NCBI GenBank assembly: GCA_045532865.1
Contig: JAZSGT010000028.1
Location: 18,507-82,506 of the forward strand
Reading direction: 5' to 3'
Length of the DNA stretch: 64,000 bases
From: Alphaproteobacteria bacterium
GTDB lineage: Bacteria > Pseudomonadota > Alphaproteobacteria > CAAHEQ01 > UBA3637
Below, one piece after another: positions 9,472-19,494 of this stretch. The notes under the pieces were generated by a model. It saw only the letters and a list, made by a program, of their open reading frames with translations, was not told the origin of the DNA and did no database searches. A program made the position numbers and the translations under genes. How positions within the stretch are numbered: the stretch's first letter is position 1; every line of letters starts with the position of its first letter.

Positions 9472-10206
9472 ATGGTTAAAAAAAGCAAAACTCAACAAAA
9501 AAAAGATTTAATCTTGGAAAATGATGTAAAAGAAGAAACTTTAAAAGACATTGAAGGACTTGACGAAACTCGAAAAAACGAATCGTTTAAAAAGCCTTTA
9601 GTGAACAAAGAAATTGTTGAAAAAGTAAAAAAAGATATGAAAAAACAAATGAATATTCCAAATTTGTTGACGCTTTTTCGAATCTGGGCAATTCCAGGGA
9701 TTGTTTTAACATTCTTTTTTAACTCTGCGTCGGCTGCATGGTTTGGTGTTTTGCTTTTTGCTTTGGCAGGGATTAGTGATTATTTAGATGGTTATTTAGC
9801 ACGTCACTGGAATCAACTTTCTCGTTTTGGTAGAGTGTTAGACCCAATTGCCGATAAGTTATTGGTTGGAGCTATGTTGTTAATGTTGGCTTACACTGCT
9901 CGTTTAGGGGATTGGGGAATTATTCCTGCAGTTGTGATTTTGTGTCGTGAAATTTTGGTTTCTGGTTTGCGTGAGTTTTTGGCAGAAATTAAAGTTGGTT
10001 GTCCGGTTACCCGTTTGGCAAAATGGAAGACAGCTTGCCAAATGTTAGCTTTGCCAATTTTAATGGTGGCTGAACCAACATTTAGTGGTGCTTATTCAGA
10101 TACACTTTATGTTTTAGGTCATTTAGCTTTATGGGGTGCTGCTATACTGACAGTTATGACAGGATACGATTATTGGAAATCTGGCCGAAAATATATGGAA
10201 GATTAG
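9472..10206 (+). CDS. pgsA: CDP-diacylglycerol--glycerol-3-phosphate 3-phosphatidyltransferase with an N-terminal K/E-rich extension of about 55 aa
   Basis: NIPNLLTLFRI...DGYLAR...DPIADK motifs of CDP-alcohol phosphatidyltransferases; strong RBS gaggtga before 9472. Confidence 0.85.
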   Translation: MVKKSKTQQKKDLILENDVKEETLKDIEGLDETRKNESFKKPLVNKEIVEKVKKDMKKQMNIPNLLTLFRIWAIPGIVLTFFFNSASAAWFGVLLFALAGISDYLDGYLARHWNQLSRFGRVLDPIADKLLVGAMLLMLAYTARLGDWGIIPAVVILCREILVSGLREFLAEIKVGCPVTRLAKWKTACQMLALPILMVAEPTFSGAYSDTLYVLGHLALWGAAILTVMTGYDYWKSGRKYMED

Positions 10207-10212
10207 GTTAAA

Positions 10213-10242
10213 AAAACTTCGTAGAAATACGAAGTTTTTTTT
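10213..10242 (+). terminator. rho-independent terminator after pgsA
   Basis: aaacttcgta gaaa tacgaagttt followed by T8. Confidence 0.7.
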
Positions 10243-10249
10243 GTAACTA

Positions 10250-10288
10250 AAAACCCACCAGTTTATCTGATGGGTTCTTTTTTTTATT
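10250..10288 (-). terminator. rho-independent terminator for the minus-strand gene ending at 10305
   Basis: On the minus strand: aacccatcag ataaa ctggtgggtt followed by T-run. Confidence 0.6.
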
Positions 10289-10304
10289 TATAGAAAAAGA
10301 GAGA

Positions 10305-11360
10305 TTATTCCTCTTCAAAAATAAGACCTCTACCTTCTTGAACGGTGTTGCCTTCTATAAGATGTTTTTTAACTTTTTTTCTCAAAGAAGTATCTTCTGG
10401 AAGATTTTCTAAAGAAAAACCAGGGCTTGATTTTTGCATATTAAATAAGAAACGATAGAAATCATCCCCCGTATCATCTTCATGTGGTGGTAAGAGAAGA
10501 AACAGGTTTTGAAAATACATAATATGTCTATCTGGTGTTAAAAACTGACTCATTTGAATGCTCAGCAACCAAGAATGGCATCTATATATAACTTTTTTTC
10601 CGGTGATATTTGGAAAGTATTTTTTAAGTAACTTTTTAGCTTGTGCAAAAGAGTTATCCACAGATTTTGGTTCTAATCGACCATTTCGGTCGATATGAAT
10701 ATTAATGCAAATATCCCCTGGTTGAATTAAAATTTCTGTCTTTTTAATTTTTGAAGAACTTCCAACCTCGTGAATTAATTTTTCACCTTTTTTATTTTTT
10801 GTAATAATAAAAGGATCGTGATAGCAGGAATATTCAAATTGGAGTCGACCAAATTTTAACAGCAACTGACGAACAAAGCGAATTCCCCAAGCTAGTGAAC
10901 CGTAGCTAATGCCATTAATTTTGTACAGTTTAAGTCCACGCAAAATCGTTTCTTTTATCCCAACAATTTGATGAACACGTTGCTTTGTATTGAGCCCTTT
11001 CAGAGCTTTTTTGTGTTGGCTTACTGCACTGAGTAAAACAATAGCTGAAATATCTGCTCGAGGAGGTGTGGCTTTCCAATATTCCATTTCTAGAAAATCA
11101 TCAGCTTCAGATTCAAATGAAATATATTGTATTAAAAGAGCTGCCTTTTTTAAAATGGTGTTTCTTTTAAATTCTTCAATCAAAGAAAGGCAGTGATTGT
11201 AAAATTCTGTTTCTTCCTCTAATTTATAAAATTTAAAAGCAGTGTCTAGTGTTTTTTTTGTAATAACACTTTTTTTTGTGTTTATTTTTGATTCATATTT
11301 TTTAAAAGTTTCTGGTATTGTTTTTAAATTGAGTACATTTTTGATATCTTCTAATAACAT
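10305..11360 (-). CDS. hypothetical protein
   Basis: 351-aa ORF; no confidently recognised domain. Confidence 0.5.
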   Translation of the reverse strand: MLLEDIKNVLNLKTIPETFKKYESKINTKKSVITKKTLDTAFKFYKLEEETEFYNHCLSLIEEFKRNTILKKAALLIQYISFESEADDFLEMEYWKATPPRADISAIVLLSAVSQHKKALKGLNTKQRVHQIVGIKETILRGLKLYKINGISYGSLAWGIRFVRQLLLKFGRLQFEYSCYHDPFIITKNKKGEKLIHEVGSSSKIKKTEILIQPGDICINIHIDRNGRLEPKSVDNSFAQAKKLLKKYFPNITGKKVIYRCHSWLLSIQMSQFLTPDRHIMYFQNLFLLLPPHEDDTGDDFYRFLFNMQKSSPGFSLENLPEDTSLRKKVKKHLIEGNTVQEGRGLIFEEE

Positions 11361-11488
11361 TGCCGTCTCCTGGGCTTATGAACAGATGCAGTATAGTTAA
11401 AAAAAAGTTTTTCTGTCAACGAAAAATCAATTGAATTTGAAAAAAAAAGAAGATAAACTTTGCTGTATCATTTTATGAGGGAGATAAT

Positions 11489-12235
11489 ATGAAAGTTTTA
11501 ATTTTAAAAAATGCAGATGAAGTTGCTTCTTTAGTTGCTGCCGAAATTGTTGAAAGAATAAAAACATTTAAACCAACAGTTGAAAAGCCTTATCTCGTAT
11601 TGGGTTTGCCGACAGGTTCAACGCCAATTCCTGTTTATAAATTATTGGTTCAGGCTTATCAAAATAAAGAAATTTCATTTAAAAATGTTGTTACATTTAA
11701 TATGGATGAATATAAAGGTTTAGACGCTGAACATGATCAAAGTTATCACTATTTTATGGAAGAGAATTTGTTCGGTTTAATTGATATTCCTAGAAATCAA
11801 ATTCATATTTTGGATGGGATGGCAAAAGATACAGGTGCTGAATGTAAAGCATATGAAGAAAAAATTGCTTCGTTTGGTGGAATTGATATCCAATTGGCAG
11901 GAATTGGTGAAAATGGACATTTGGCTTTTAATGAACCTGGCACGTCATTTCAATCTTTAACCCATGAACAAAAATTAACAGAAAATACAATTGAGGTGAA
12001 TTCTCGATTTTTTGAAAAGAAAGAAGATGTTCCAACATCTGCTTTAACAATTGGATTGAAAACAGTTTTTGAAGCTAAAAAAGTTATTGTTTTGGCAACT
12101 GGCGAAAAGAAAGCTGAGGCAGTTTATCAAAGTGTTCGTATGCCTGTAACCGAAAATTGTCCGGCATCAATTCTTCAAAAACACGAAAATTCGGTTTTTG
12201 TGTGTGATGAAGCAGCAGCTAAAAAATTAAAATAA
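11489..12235 (+). CDS. nagB: glucosamine-6-phosphate deaminase
   Basis: GLPTGSTP and AGIGENGHLAFNEPG motifs; RBS gagggag. Confidence 0.8.
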   Translation: MKVLILKNADEVASLVAAEIVERIKTFKPTVEKPYLVLGLPTGSTPIPVYKLLVQAYQNKEISFKNVVTFNMDEYKGLDAEHDQSYHYFMEENLFGLIDIPRNQIHILDGMAKDTGAECKAYEEKIASFGGIDIQLAGIGENGHLAFNEPGTSFQSLTHEQKLTENTIEVNSRFFEKKEDVPTSALTIGLKTVFEAKKVIVLATGEKKAEAVYQSVRMPVTENCPASILQKHENSVFVCDEAAAKKLK

Positions 12236-12302
12236 AAATAAATATTGACAAAAAGTATTTTTTAGTGTATCCTCTTACTTAATAGGAGTAGGAGGATATT
12301 TT

Positions 12303-12659
12303 ATGGATAAAAAATTAATGCTTTCTTTATGTTGTATGGGGCTTGCCTTGACTTCATGTGGTGATGCTATTCCAAAAGCTAAAAAAGGAAGGGAAGCAGA
12401 ATTAAATCAAGAAGCTGTTTTGCTTACATGTGATTTGAAGCGCCATTCAGATTGTTTGTATGCATGGATGACTTTTGATACGGATGGTGATTATTCAAAA
12501 CCTGAATATGCAGGATTTACTGTTTATGAACAAAAAGCGATTTCAGAGAGTGCAGTTGATCAATATCACTATGAGTTATCCCAGTTAAAAATTGGATCGA
12601 AAGCAACGCTTCGCACTTGGAGTGGTATTATTCGAAATATCGCACGTGTTAAAGAATAA
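12303..12659 (+). CDS. hypothetical lipoprotein
   Basis: Lipobox LALTSCG; upstream promoter ttgaca/tatcct; RBS ggagtaggagga. Confidence 0.5.
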   Translation: MDKKLMLSLCCMGLALTSCGDAIPKAKKGREAELNQEAVLLTCDLKRHSDCLYAWMTFDTDGDYSKPEYAGFTVYEQKAISESAVDQYHYELSQLKIGSKATLRTWSGIIRNIARVKE

Positions 12660-12737
12660 AAAATACTTGTAACAAGTTTTATTTTGTCATAAAATGCTTT
12701 TATGGAACATTTGTTGTTTTATAAGTGGGAGGGTTAT

Positions 12738-13319
12738 ATGACAAAAAGTGATACATTAGAGATTATTCCTGTTTATAAAGGGATGAATAAGGTTTTTGAT
12801 GGTTTTGCTGTTTATCGGAATAATAAACTTGTCAAACAAGATGAAAAACCAGTTATTTTACGTTTGAAAACAAATAAAGAAGATTATCAATGCAAAAATG
12901 GATGTTTCTTATCTAAAAAAGAAATTGATAATGGTGTATATGCAAAGAGTTCTAGTGATTCTTTAGGATATTTAGTAAAATATGATTCAAAGTTTTGGGA
13001 ACTTTCATTTAAGGATTATGATAGACTTTCACAACCATCATTGATTTTTACGGCTAAAAGTGAGAAGGGTTCTTTTAAGGGATATTCAATTACACAATTT
13101 GACGAAAATACAAAAAAAATAGAAAACAGAGGTTCTATTTCGCCAGAAAATGTTGTGTATAAAAGGTGCTCTGATGGTAAGTATGCTTGCATTTATAATG
13201 ATGAACAAGCAGGAGGTGAGGTTATCCCTTACCATATGGAAAACATTTCAAAAGAAGAGTATGAAAGTCGATTGAAGAATGACTCTAAAAAAACACGTGT
13301 GCAAAGGAGAAATCGATAA
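12738..13319 (+). CDS. hypothetical protein
   Basis: ATG at 12738 preceded by the RBS gggaggg; the longer start at 12702 has no RBS. Confidence 0.45.
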   Translation: MTKSDTLEIIPVYKGMNKVFDGFAVYRNNKLVKQDEKPVILRLKTNKEDYQCKNGCFLSKKEIDNGVYAKSSSDSLGYLVKYDSKFWELSFKDYDRLSQPSLIFTAKSEKGSFKGYSITQFDENTKKIENRGSISPENVVYKRCSDGKYACIYNDEQAGGEVIPYHMENISKEEYESRLKNDSKKTRVQRRNR

Positions 13320-13350
13320 GATTTTATTCTGCTAAATGTGGTTTTAATAA

Positions 13351-13376
13351 AAAAAACTCCCTTTCGGGAGTTTTTT
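13351..13376. terminator. bidirectional rho-independent terminator
   Basis: aaaaaactccc tttc gggagtttttt, T/A-runs on both sides. Confidence 0.75.
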
Positions 13377-13388
13377 ATTTTTTTGATG

Positions 13389-14336
13389 TTAACCTAAAAA
13401 GGCAAGTGCTGCATCTAAAGAATCTTTATTCCCAATATTAATAGATCTTGCATCAGGAGTGATTCGTTTGATTAACCCACTGAGAACTTTTCCATTCCCA
13501 CACTCGATAAAATCTGTAACTCCTTTTGCTGTCATATATTCAACAGATTCAGTCCATCTTACAGAACCAGTAACTTGTGAAACAAGAAGTTCTTTAATTT
13601 TTTGAGCATTAGTTTCGGCTTCGGCAGTGATGTTTGCAATAATAGGAATCAAAGGTGTAACAATAGGAGTTGTTTGTAATTCAATAGCCATTTTTTTACC
13701 AGCTTCTTCCATTAAAGGAGAATGAAATCCTCCCGATACTGGTAATTTGACAGATTTTTTTGCCCCCATTTCAGCAGCTTTCAAAATAGCTCTATCAATA
13801 GCATCGTTGTGCCCACTGATAACAACTTGGCCTTGGCAGTTATCATTTGCAATAAAACATAAAGAATTATCTGTTGATGCTTCATGAACAAGTGTTGCAA
13901 CTTCTTTTAATGACAAACCAAGTACAGCAGCCATAGCTCCTGGATTTTTTTGGCTTGCTTCTTGCATAAAGGTACCACGAGCTTTTAAAAGTTTGGCTGT
14001 TGCTGATAAGCTCAGAGCTCCAGCCGCACAAAGAGCTGAATATTCACCTAAAGAATGACCGGCAACAAAAGAGGCGATTTCGTTTATTTTTTTGCCTGAC
14101 TCTTTTTCAAGGCAACGCAAAGCAGCAATACTTGTTGCCATAATGGCTGGTTGTGCATTTTGAGTTTGTGTTAATTCTTGAATATCGCCTTCAAACATAA
14201 GTTTAGATAAGTTGAAATGCAAAGCCTCATCAACTTCTTGAAAAACTTCATGAGCGACACTAAAATTAGTATCTAAGTCTTTCCCCATACCGATAGATTG
14301 TGATCCTTGACCAGGAAAAACAAATGCGATTGTCAT
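13389..14336 (-). CDS. fabD: malonyl CoA-acyl carrier protein transacylase
   Basis: FVFPGQGSQ and GHSLGEYSAL motifs. Confidence 0.9.
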   Translation of the reverse strand: MTIAFVFPGQGSQSIGMGKDLDTNFSVAHEVFQEVDEALHFNLSKLMFEGDIQELTQTQNAQPAIMATSIAALRCLEKESGKKINEIASFVAGHSLGEYSALCAAGALSLSATAKLLKARGTFMQEASQKNPGAMAAVLGLSLKEVATLVHEASTDNSLCFIANDNCQGQVVISGHNDAIDRAILKAAEMGAKKSVKLPVSGGFHSPLMEEAGKKMAIELQTTPIVTPLIPIIANITAEAETNAQKIKELLVSQVTGSVRWTESVEYMTAKGVTDFIECGNGKVLSGLIKRITPDARSINIGNKDSLDAALAFLG

Positions 14337-14454
14337 ATTTTTATCCTTTCACCTTGAATTGCTGAATTTATTTTTTTTGATTATACACATTCTTTTGAAA
14401 AAATAAAGTGTTAAATTTCTTGTATTTGATTATTAATTTCTTTATAATAAATAT

Positions 14455-16032
14455 ATGTCTTTGATAAAGTCGATAGCAACAGTGGCCTCTGGAACAGCAC
14501 TTAGTCGTGTTGTTGGTTTTGTGCGTGATGTTTTAATTGCACGCTTTTTGGGCGCAAGTATGATGGCTGATGCGTTTTTTGTGGCATTGAGATTTCCAAA
14601 TTTATTTCGCAGTCTTTTTGCAGAAGGGACATTGAATGTTGCATTTGTTCCTTTACTTTCTGGTCAAATACAAACAAAAGGCGAAAAAAAAGCCTGTGTT
14701 TTTGCTAGAAATGTTTTCAGTTTTTTATTTTATGTTTTGTTAATCTTTACAATTTTGATGGAAATTTTTATGCCAGACATGATGTTTATTCTGGCACCAG
14801 GATTTGAAAAAATAGAGGGAAAACTAGCTTTAACAACAGCTTTAAGTCGAATTACGTTTCCCTTTTTGATTTTTGTTTCACTTGTTTCTTTGTTGGCAGG
14901 AATGCTTAATGCAGTTGGAAAATTTTGGGCAGCTGCATTTGTTCCAACCATATTAAACTTAACAATGATTGCCTCATTATTTTTAATTTCACCATTTTTA
15001 TCAACCTCATATGCTCCAGCTTATGCTTTGTCAATTGGGGTATTGTTGGCAGGGATTATTGAGTTTATTTTTTTATTATATCATATCAAAAAAGCTGGTT
15101 TGTTAATTGGACTTGTTTCACCAATAAAAGCCTTATTCCATGTTTCAAAAGAGGTAAAAACTTTGTTAAAAAAAATGGCACCTGGTGTGTTAGGTTCTGG
15201 AGTGTATCAAATTAATTTATTCTTTGATACATTTTTGGTTTCATTTGTTGGTGCTGGTGCTATTTCATGGTTGAATTATGCACATCATTTATTTCAGTTG
15301 CCTGTTGGTATTATTGGTACGGCTGTTGGAACAGCACTTTTACCTGTTTTATCTAAACATATTAAATTAAATGATTTTAAATTGGCTAATGAACAATTAA
15401 ATCGTTCTTTAGAAGTTTCAATTGCAATGTCTGTTTCATCTATGCTTGGATTGATGTTATTGGCAGAGCCCATTGTTCGAATTTTGTTTGAGAGGGGTGT
15501 ATTTACATCAAACGATTCTATTCATACAGCACATGCGCTATTGGTTTTTGCAGTTGGACTTCCTGCCTATATGTTAACAAAAACCTTATCGCCTTTCTTT
15601 TTTGCAAAGGGTGATACAAAAACACCAGTAAAAATAGCAATATTGGGTGTTTTTTTAAATATTATACTTGCTTTGATTTTTATGCAATTTTGGGGTTATT
15701 TGGGCATTGCTTTAGCAACTGGAGTGACGGTTTGGATTAATGCTGGGCAATATGTTGTCAGACTAAAAAAACAAGGAGTTGTTTCTTTAGATAATCTTGC
15801 AAAGTATCGTTTACCAAGAATTTTAGGAGCATCTTTTTTGATGGCGTTAACTTTAATAGGATTAAAGCATTTGTTTAATATATATGTACCAAATTGGGAA
15901 ACTGAAAATGGGATTATATCAGTTCTATTGTTGGGTATTTTGGTGTTTTCAAGCATGTTTGTTTTTGCCACATCGATTATTTTATTAAAAGGAATTTTGT
16001 TAAAAGATATTAAAAATTTATTACACCGATAG
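14455..16032 (+). CDS. murJ: lipid II flippase MurJ (MviN)
   Basis: N-terminus SGTALSRVVGFVRDVLIARFLGAS; polytopic; about 525 aa. Confidence 0.9.
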   Translation: MSLIKSIATVASGTALSRVVGFVRDVLIARFLGASMMADAFFVALRFPNLFRSLFAEGTLNVAFVPLLSGQIQTKGEKKACVFARNVFSFLFYVLLIFTILMEIFMPDMMFILAPGFEKIEGKLALTTALSRITFPFLIFVSLVSLLAGMLNAVGKFWAAAFVPTILNLTMIASLFLISPFLSTSYAPAYALSIGVLLAGIIEFIFLLYHIKKAGLLIGLVSPIKALFHVSKEVKTLLKKMAPGVLGSGVYQINLFFDTFLVSFVGAGAISWLNYAHHLFQLPVGIIGTAVGTALLPVLSKHIKLNDFKLANEQLNRSLEVSIAMSVSSMLGLMLLAEPIVRILFERGVFTSNDSIHTAHALLVFAVGLPAYMLTKTLSPFFFAKGDTKTPVKIAILGVFLNIILALIFMQFWGYLGIALATGVTVWINAGQYVVRLKKQGVVSLDNLAKYRLPRILGASFLMALTLIGLKHLFNIYVPNWETENGIISVLLLGILVFSSMFVFATSIILLKGILLKDIKNLLHR

Positions 16033-16040
16033 AGGAAAAA

Positions 16041-16952
16041 ATGAAAAAAAAATTTGTAGGGATTAGTTGTCTTGCTTTAGTTATAACTCTTGGTGGGTTG
16101 TTTTATCTTTTGCCTGAGGAAGTGGATAAAACACCTTCTAATTTTGTTGAAAAAAGTTTAAATAAAAATCAATCAACAGATATGTTAATTGATTTGGCAA
16201 AACAGGAAATTAAAGGTCAATATTTAACTGATGTTGATCAAAATAAAATAGAAGAAATATATCGTGATGTGACGGCTGATGGTATGCCTCATATTTTTGT
16301 TGAAAACATTCCTCAAGATTTTCAAATTGAAACAGAAGATGATAAAACCTTGTTTATGAAATTGATGACACCACATTTGTTAAAAACGAATGAAAAAATT
16401 ATGAATGAGCGAAAAGTCATTTTGGTTTTAAATGAAAAAATGAAAGTAAACCAACCTTTGACAGAAAAAGAACGTGATTTTTTCAATAAGATGTCTGAAA
16501 AATATGATGTTATGGATTTAAAAGCCGATTCAGCTAAAATTGCTGAATTAGTCAAACGAGTGGATATTATACCTGTATCGCTTGGTATGGCAATTTCAAT
16601 TTGGGTAACAAATTGGGGTCAAAAAAACAAATCCTCTCCTTTTTTAGAGCATGCATGGAACGGAACTATTGCTTATGAACCAATTAAGTTTGACAAACTC
16701 TCTAATGCTTCAGATAGTTTTGCATTACAATTAAATACCAGATCTCAGTTATTGAGTTTTAGAGATGATCGCCAAAGACATCGTTTCTTTGATAACAAGC
16801 TTTCGTTTGGTTGGGTTCAGGTTGATAATATGAGAAATTATTTGCATATGATTCCAACTTTTACAGATGAGTTGGCATTAATTTATCCATTGGGATATAT
16901 CAAAGAGTTGGATAATGCTTGTTTTAAAGAGGGATGTTTTTTAACAAAATGA
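16041..16952 (+). CDS. hypothetical membrane-anchored protein
   Basis: N-terminal TM helix; no confident domain call. Confidence 0.5.
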   Translation: MKKKFVGISCLALVITLGGLFYLLPEEVDKTPSNFVEKSLNKNQSTDMLIDLAKQEIKGQYLTDVDQNKIEEIYRDVTADGMPHIFVENIPQDFQIETEDDKTLFMKLMTPHLLKTNEKIMNERKVILVLNEKMKVNQPLTEKERDFFNKMSEKYDVMDLKADSAKIAELVKRVDIIPVSLGMAISIWVTNWGQKNKSSPFLEHAWNGTIAYEPIKFDKLSNASDSFALQLNTRSQLLSFRDDRQRHRFFDNKLSFGWVQVDNMRNYLHMIPTFTDELALIYPLGYIKELDNACFKEGCFLTK

Positions 16953-17380
16953 AATATATTTTATTGTTAATATGTTTTTTTATTTCTCCTGTTGTTTGGG
17001 CAGATGAGTTGCCTGAGAAACGTGTGCTTATTATTCAAACAGATTTAGGGGAGCATTATTTTGAAACAGATATTGCAGATACACCACAGTTGCAAGAACG
17101 TGGTTTGATGTATAAGAAAAATATACCAATGAATTATGCAATGACTTTTTTGTTTGAAAAGCCAAAAATTATCCGTATGTGGATGAAAAATACATATATA
17201 CCATTGGACATGATTTTTTTTGATGAGAAAGGGATTATTGTTTCTTTAAAAGAAAATGCAGCACCTCATGATTTAATACATATATCTTCTAAAAGAAATG
17301 CATTGGGAGTTGTTGAGTTAAATGCCGGTCTTATCCAGAAAAAAAAGATTCGTATTGGGGATAAAATTATCCTTAACTAA
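16949..17380 (+). CDS. DUF192-family protein (COG1430) with signal peptide
   Basis: ATG overlaps the upstream stop (ATGA); DUF192-like core ...IPLDMIFFDEKG... Confidence 0.55.
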   Translation: MKYILLLICFFISPVVWADELPEKRVLIIQTDLGEHYFETDIADTPQLQERGLMYKKNIPMNYAMTFLFEKPKIIRMWMKNTYIPLDMIFFDEKGIIVSLKENAAPHDLIHISSKRNALGVVELNAGLIQKKKIRIGDKIILN

Positions 17381-17474
17381 AATATAAAACAATTTGGGAT
17401 AATTTCATATGCTCTTGCAAGAATATTTTTATACTGATATATTGTTTTGTATATAACTGTAAAAGAGGCAAAAA

Positions 17475-18155
17475 ATGAAAAACAAACATGAGAAAAAAAC
17501 AACATTAAAAACGTATTTTTTTACAGGAATTATTGTTACAGCTCCAATTGCAATTACACTTTATTTGGCAATAGAGTTGATTTCTTATATTGATAAAACA
17601 GTAACAGGTTTGATTCCTGAAGCTTATAATCCAAATAATTTTTTGCCGTATGGTATTCCTGGGATTGGAATAATTTTGCTTTTATTGTTTTTTACAGGGG
17701 TTGGCATGTTGGCTGCCAACTTTATCGGACAATATTTTATGAGATTGGGTTATAGAATTATTGGAAAAATGCCTGTTATTTCAGGTTTATATAATGCAAT
17801 TCGCAAAATTTTTGAAACATTATTTGGTGCTGATAAAAATAAAGCATTTCGAAAAGCTTTGTTAATAGAATATCCAAGGAAAGATGTTTGGACTATTGCT
17901 TTTTTGACAGGGCCTGTTCCAAATATGATTAAGAAAAAAATAAAGAATAATAATTTAATTAGTGTTTATGTTCCAACAACACCGAACCCAACTTCAGGAT
18001 TCTTTTTATATGTGGCAGAATCAGATGTTATTTATTTGGATATTACAGTTGATGAAGCCTTGAAAATGATTTTATCAACAGGCATTATTGGCCCAGATGA
18101 AAAAGATAAAATCACAAAAAAAGGTTCACGAAAAAAGACATCTTCACAGTTGTAA
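17475..18155 (+). CDS. DUF502-family membrane protein
   Basis: Conserved architecture of TM helices plus GLYNAIRKIFE...; RBS. Confidence 0.55.
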   Translation: MKNKHEKKTTLKTYFFTGIIVTAPIAITLYLAIELISYIDKTVTGLIPEAYNPNNFLPYGIPGIGIILLLLFFTGVGMLAANFIGQYFMRLGYRIIGKMPVISGLYNAIRKIFETLFGADKNKAFRKALLIEYPRKDVWTIAFLTGPVPNMIKKKIKNNNLISVYVPTTPNPTSGFFLYVAESDVIYLDITVDEALKMILSTGIIGPDEKDKITKKGSRKKTSSQL

Positions 18156-18157
18156 AA

Positions 18158-19126
18158 TTAAATCTGCTGATTGTTTTTTAAGAATTCTTTGAGGCCTTTT
18201 ATGTCCCTATTGGCTAAAATTTGTTTGTAAATTTTAGCATTAGGTTGTCCATGGAATAATCCCATTAAATGAGGGCAAATAATACTTAATTGTGAAGTGT
18301 TCTTTTCAAGATAAGGTACCATATTTTGTAATATTTCAATTCTTGAGAGTGGTGAAGTTGTTTCTTGATAAAATAGTGAATCAACATCTTTTAAAGCGTA
18401 GGGATTTCCATAAGCTAGACGACCAATCATTGCTCCATCAACGTATTTTAGATGTTCTTGTGCCTTTTCAATGGTTAGAATATTACCATTTATGGAAATA
18501 ATCATATCAGGAAAACTTTTTTTTAGTTGATATACTAATTCATAATTTAAAGGTATTTTTTCAGTTCGGTTTTCTTTGGGAGACCAATTTAATTTTGCTT
18601 TTCGTGCATGAACAATGAGGTGGTGGCATCCGGCATTTTTCATTAAAGATGCAAAGTTGAAAAGCTCTTTAAACCCATCTCCTTGAACATCGGATAATGA
18701 AATTCTTGTTTTAACGCTTACCGGAATATTCGCTTTTGCAATCATGTTTGAAACACATTCAGCTACGAGTTCAGGTGTTTTCATTAAAATAGCACCAAAT
18801 TTACCTGCTTGAACACGTGAAGATGGACAACCTGCATTGATGTTAACGCCTTGGTATCCGAAATCGGACGCGTATTTTGCGCAATCAGCCATCATATCTG
18901 GATGGGATCCCCCAATTTGCAAAATAAGGGGATGTTCAACCTCATCATATCCGATCAGTTTTTTTCTGTCTCCAAGTAGAATGGCCGGCATAGCTGTCAT
19001 TTCGGTGTAAAAAACAGCATGTTTAGTAATTTGCCTTAAAAAATAGCGAAAGTGCCTGTCGGTCCAATCTAACATAGGGGCAATTGATATTTGATGTGTT
19101 TTTTTGTTTTTTTCTTGAGTTTTCAT
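18158..19126 (-). CDS. dusA: tRNA-dihydrouridine synthase A
   Basis: SIAPMLDWTDRHFRYF...NINAGCP motifs; start trimmed to the ATG at 19126 (MKTQEKNKKTHQISIAPM). Confidence 0.85.
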   Translation of the reverse strand: MKTQEKNKKTHQISIAPMLDWTDRHFRYFLRQITKHAVFYTEMTAMPAILLGDRKKLIGYDEVEHPLILQIGGSHPDMMADCAKYASDFGYQGVNINAGCPSSRVQAGKFGAILMKTPELVAECVSNMIAKANIPVSVKTRISLSDVQGDGFKELFNFASLMKNAGCHHLIVHARKAKLNWSPKENRTEKIPLNYELVYQLKKSFPDMIISINGNILTIEKAQEHLKYVDGAMIGRLAYGNPYALKDVDSLFYQETTSPLSRIEILQNMVPYLEKNTSQLSIICPHLMGLFHGQPNAKIYKQILANRDIKGLKEFLKNNQQI

Positions 19127-19208
19127 GTTTTTTGGTGTATATTGACAAAAATAGTTTAACTTAATATACAATATATTGAAGTAAAAATCAAAGGAAAAAG
19201 GAGTCAAC

Positions 19209-19430
19209 ATGACACTAACTGAAGTTGAAATGAAAAAAGTTCAAACATATTTGCAACAACTTTTTTGGAATCCTGAAATTAAAGTTCAAAGAGGTTCTGG
19301 GGTGGATGCGCCTGCTGAGGTTTTTATTGGCAAAGAATTTGTCGGTGTTATTTATAAAAATGATGATGATGGGGATATTTCATTTGATTGGAATATGTCA
19401 ATTTTAGCTGAAGATATTGAACAATTCTAG
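19209..19430 (+). CDS. DUF3126-family small protein
   Basis: 73 aa with ...EVFIGKEFVGVIYKNDDDGDISFDWNMSIL..., matching the alphaproteobacterial DUF3126 pattern. Confidence 0.5.
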   Translation: MTLTEVEMKKVQTYLQQLFWNPEIKVQRGSGVDAPAEVFIGKEFVGVIYKNDDDGDISFDWNMSILAEDIEQF

Positions 19431-19451
19431 ATTATGATATTTATGCAATAA

Positions 19452-19480
19452 AAAAACGCTCTTTAAAGAGCGTTTTTTTT
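19452..19480. terminator. bidirectional terminator
   Basis: aaaaaacgctcttt aa agagcgtttttttt. Confidence 0.75.
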
Positions 19481-19494
19481 GTTGCTATACTTAA

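Noticed and set aside
9472-10206. Trimming pgsA to the internal Met (9637 or 9649)
   Set aside because: The upstream ATG has a much better RBS (gaggtga). The extension is kept, with a note.
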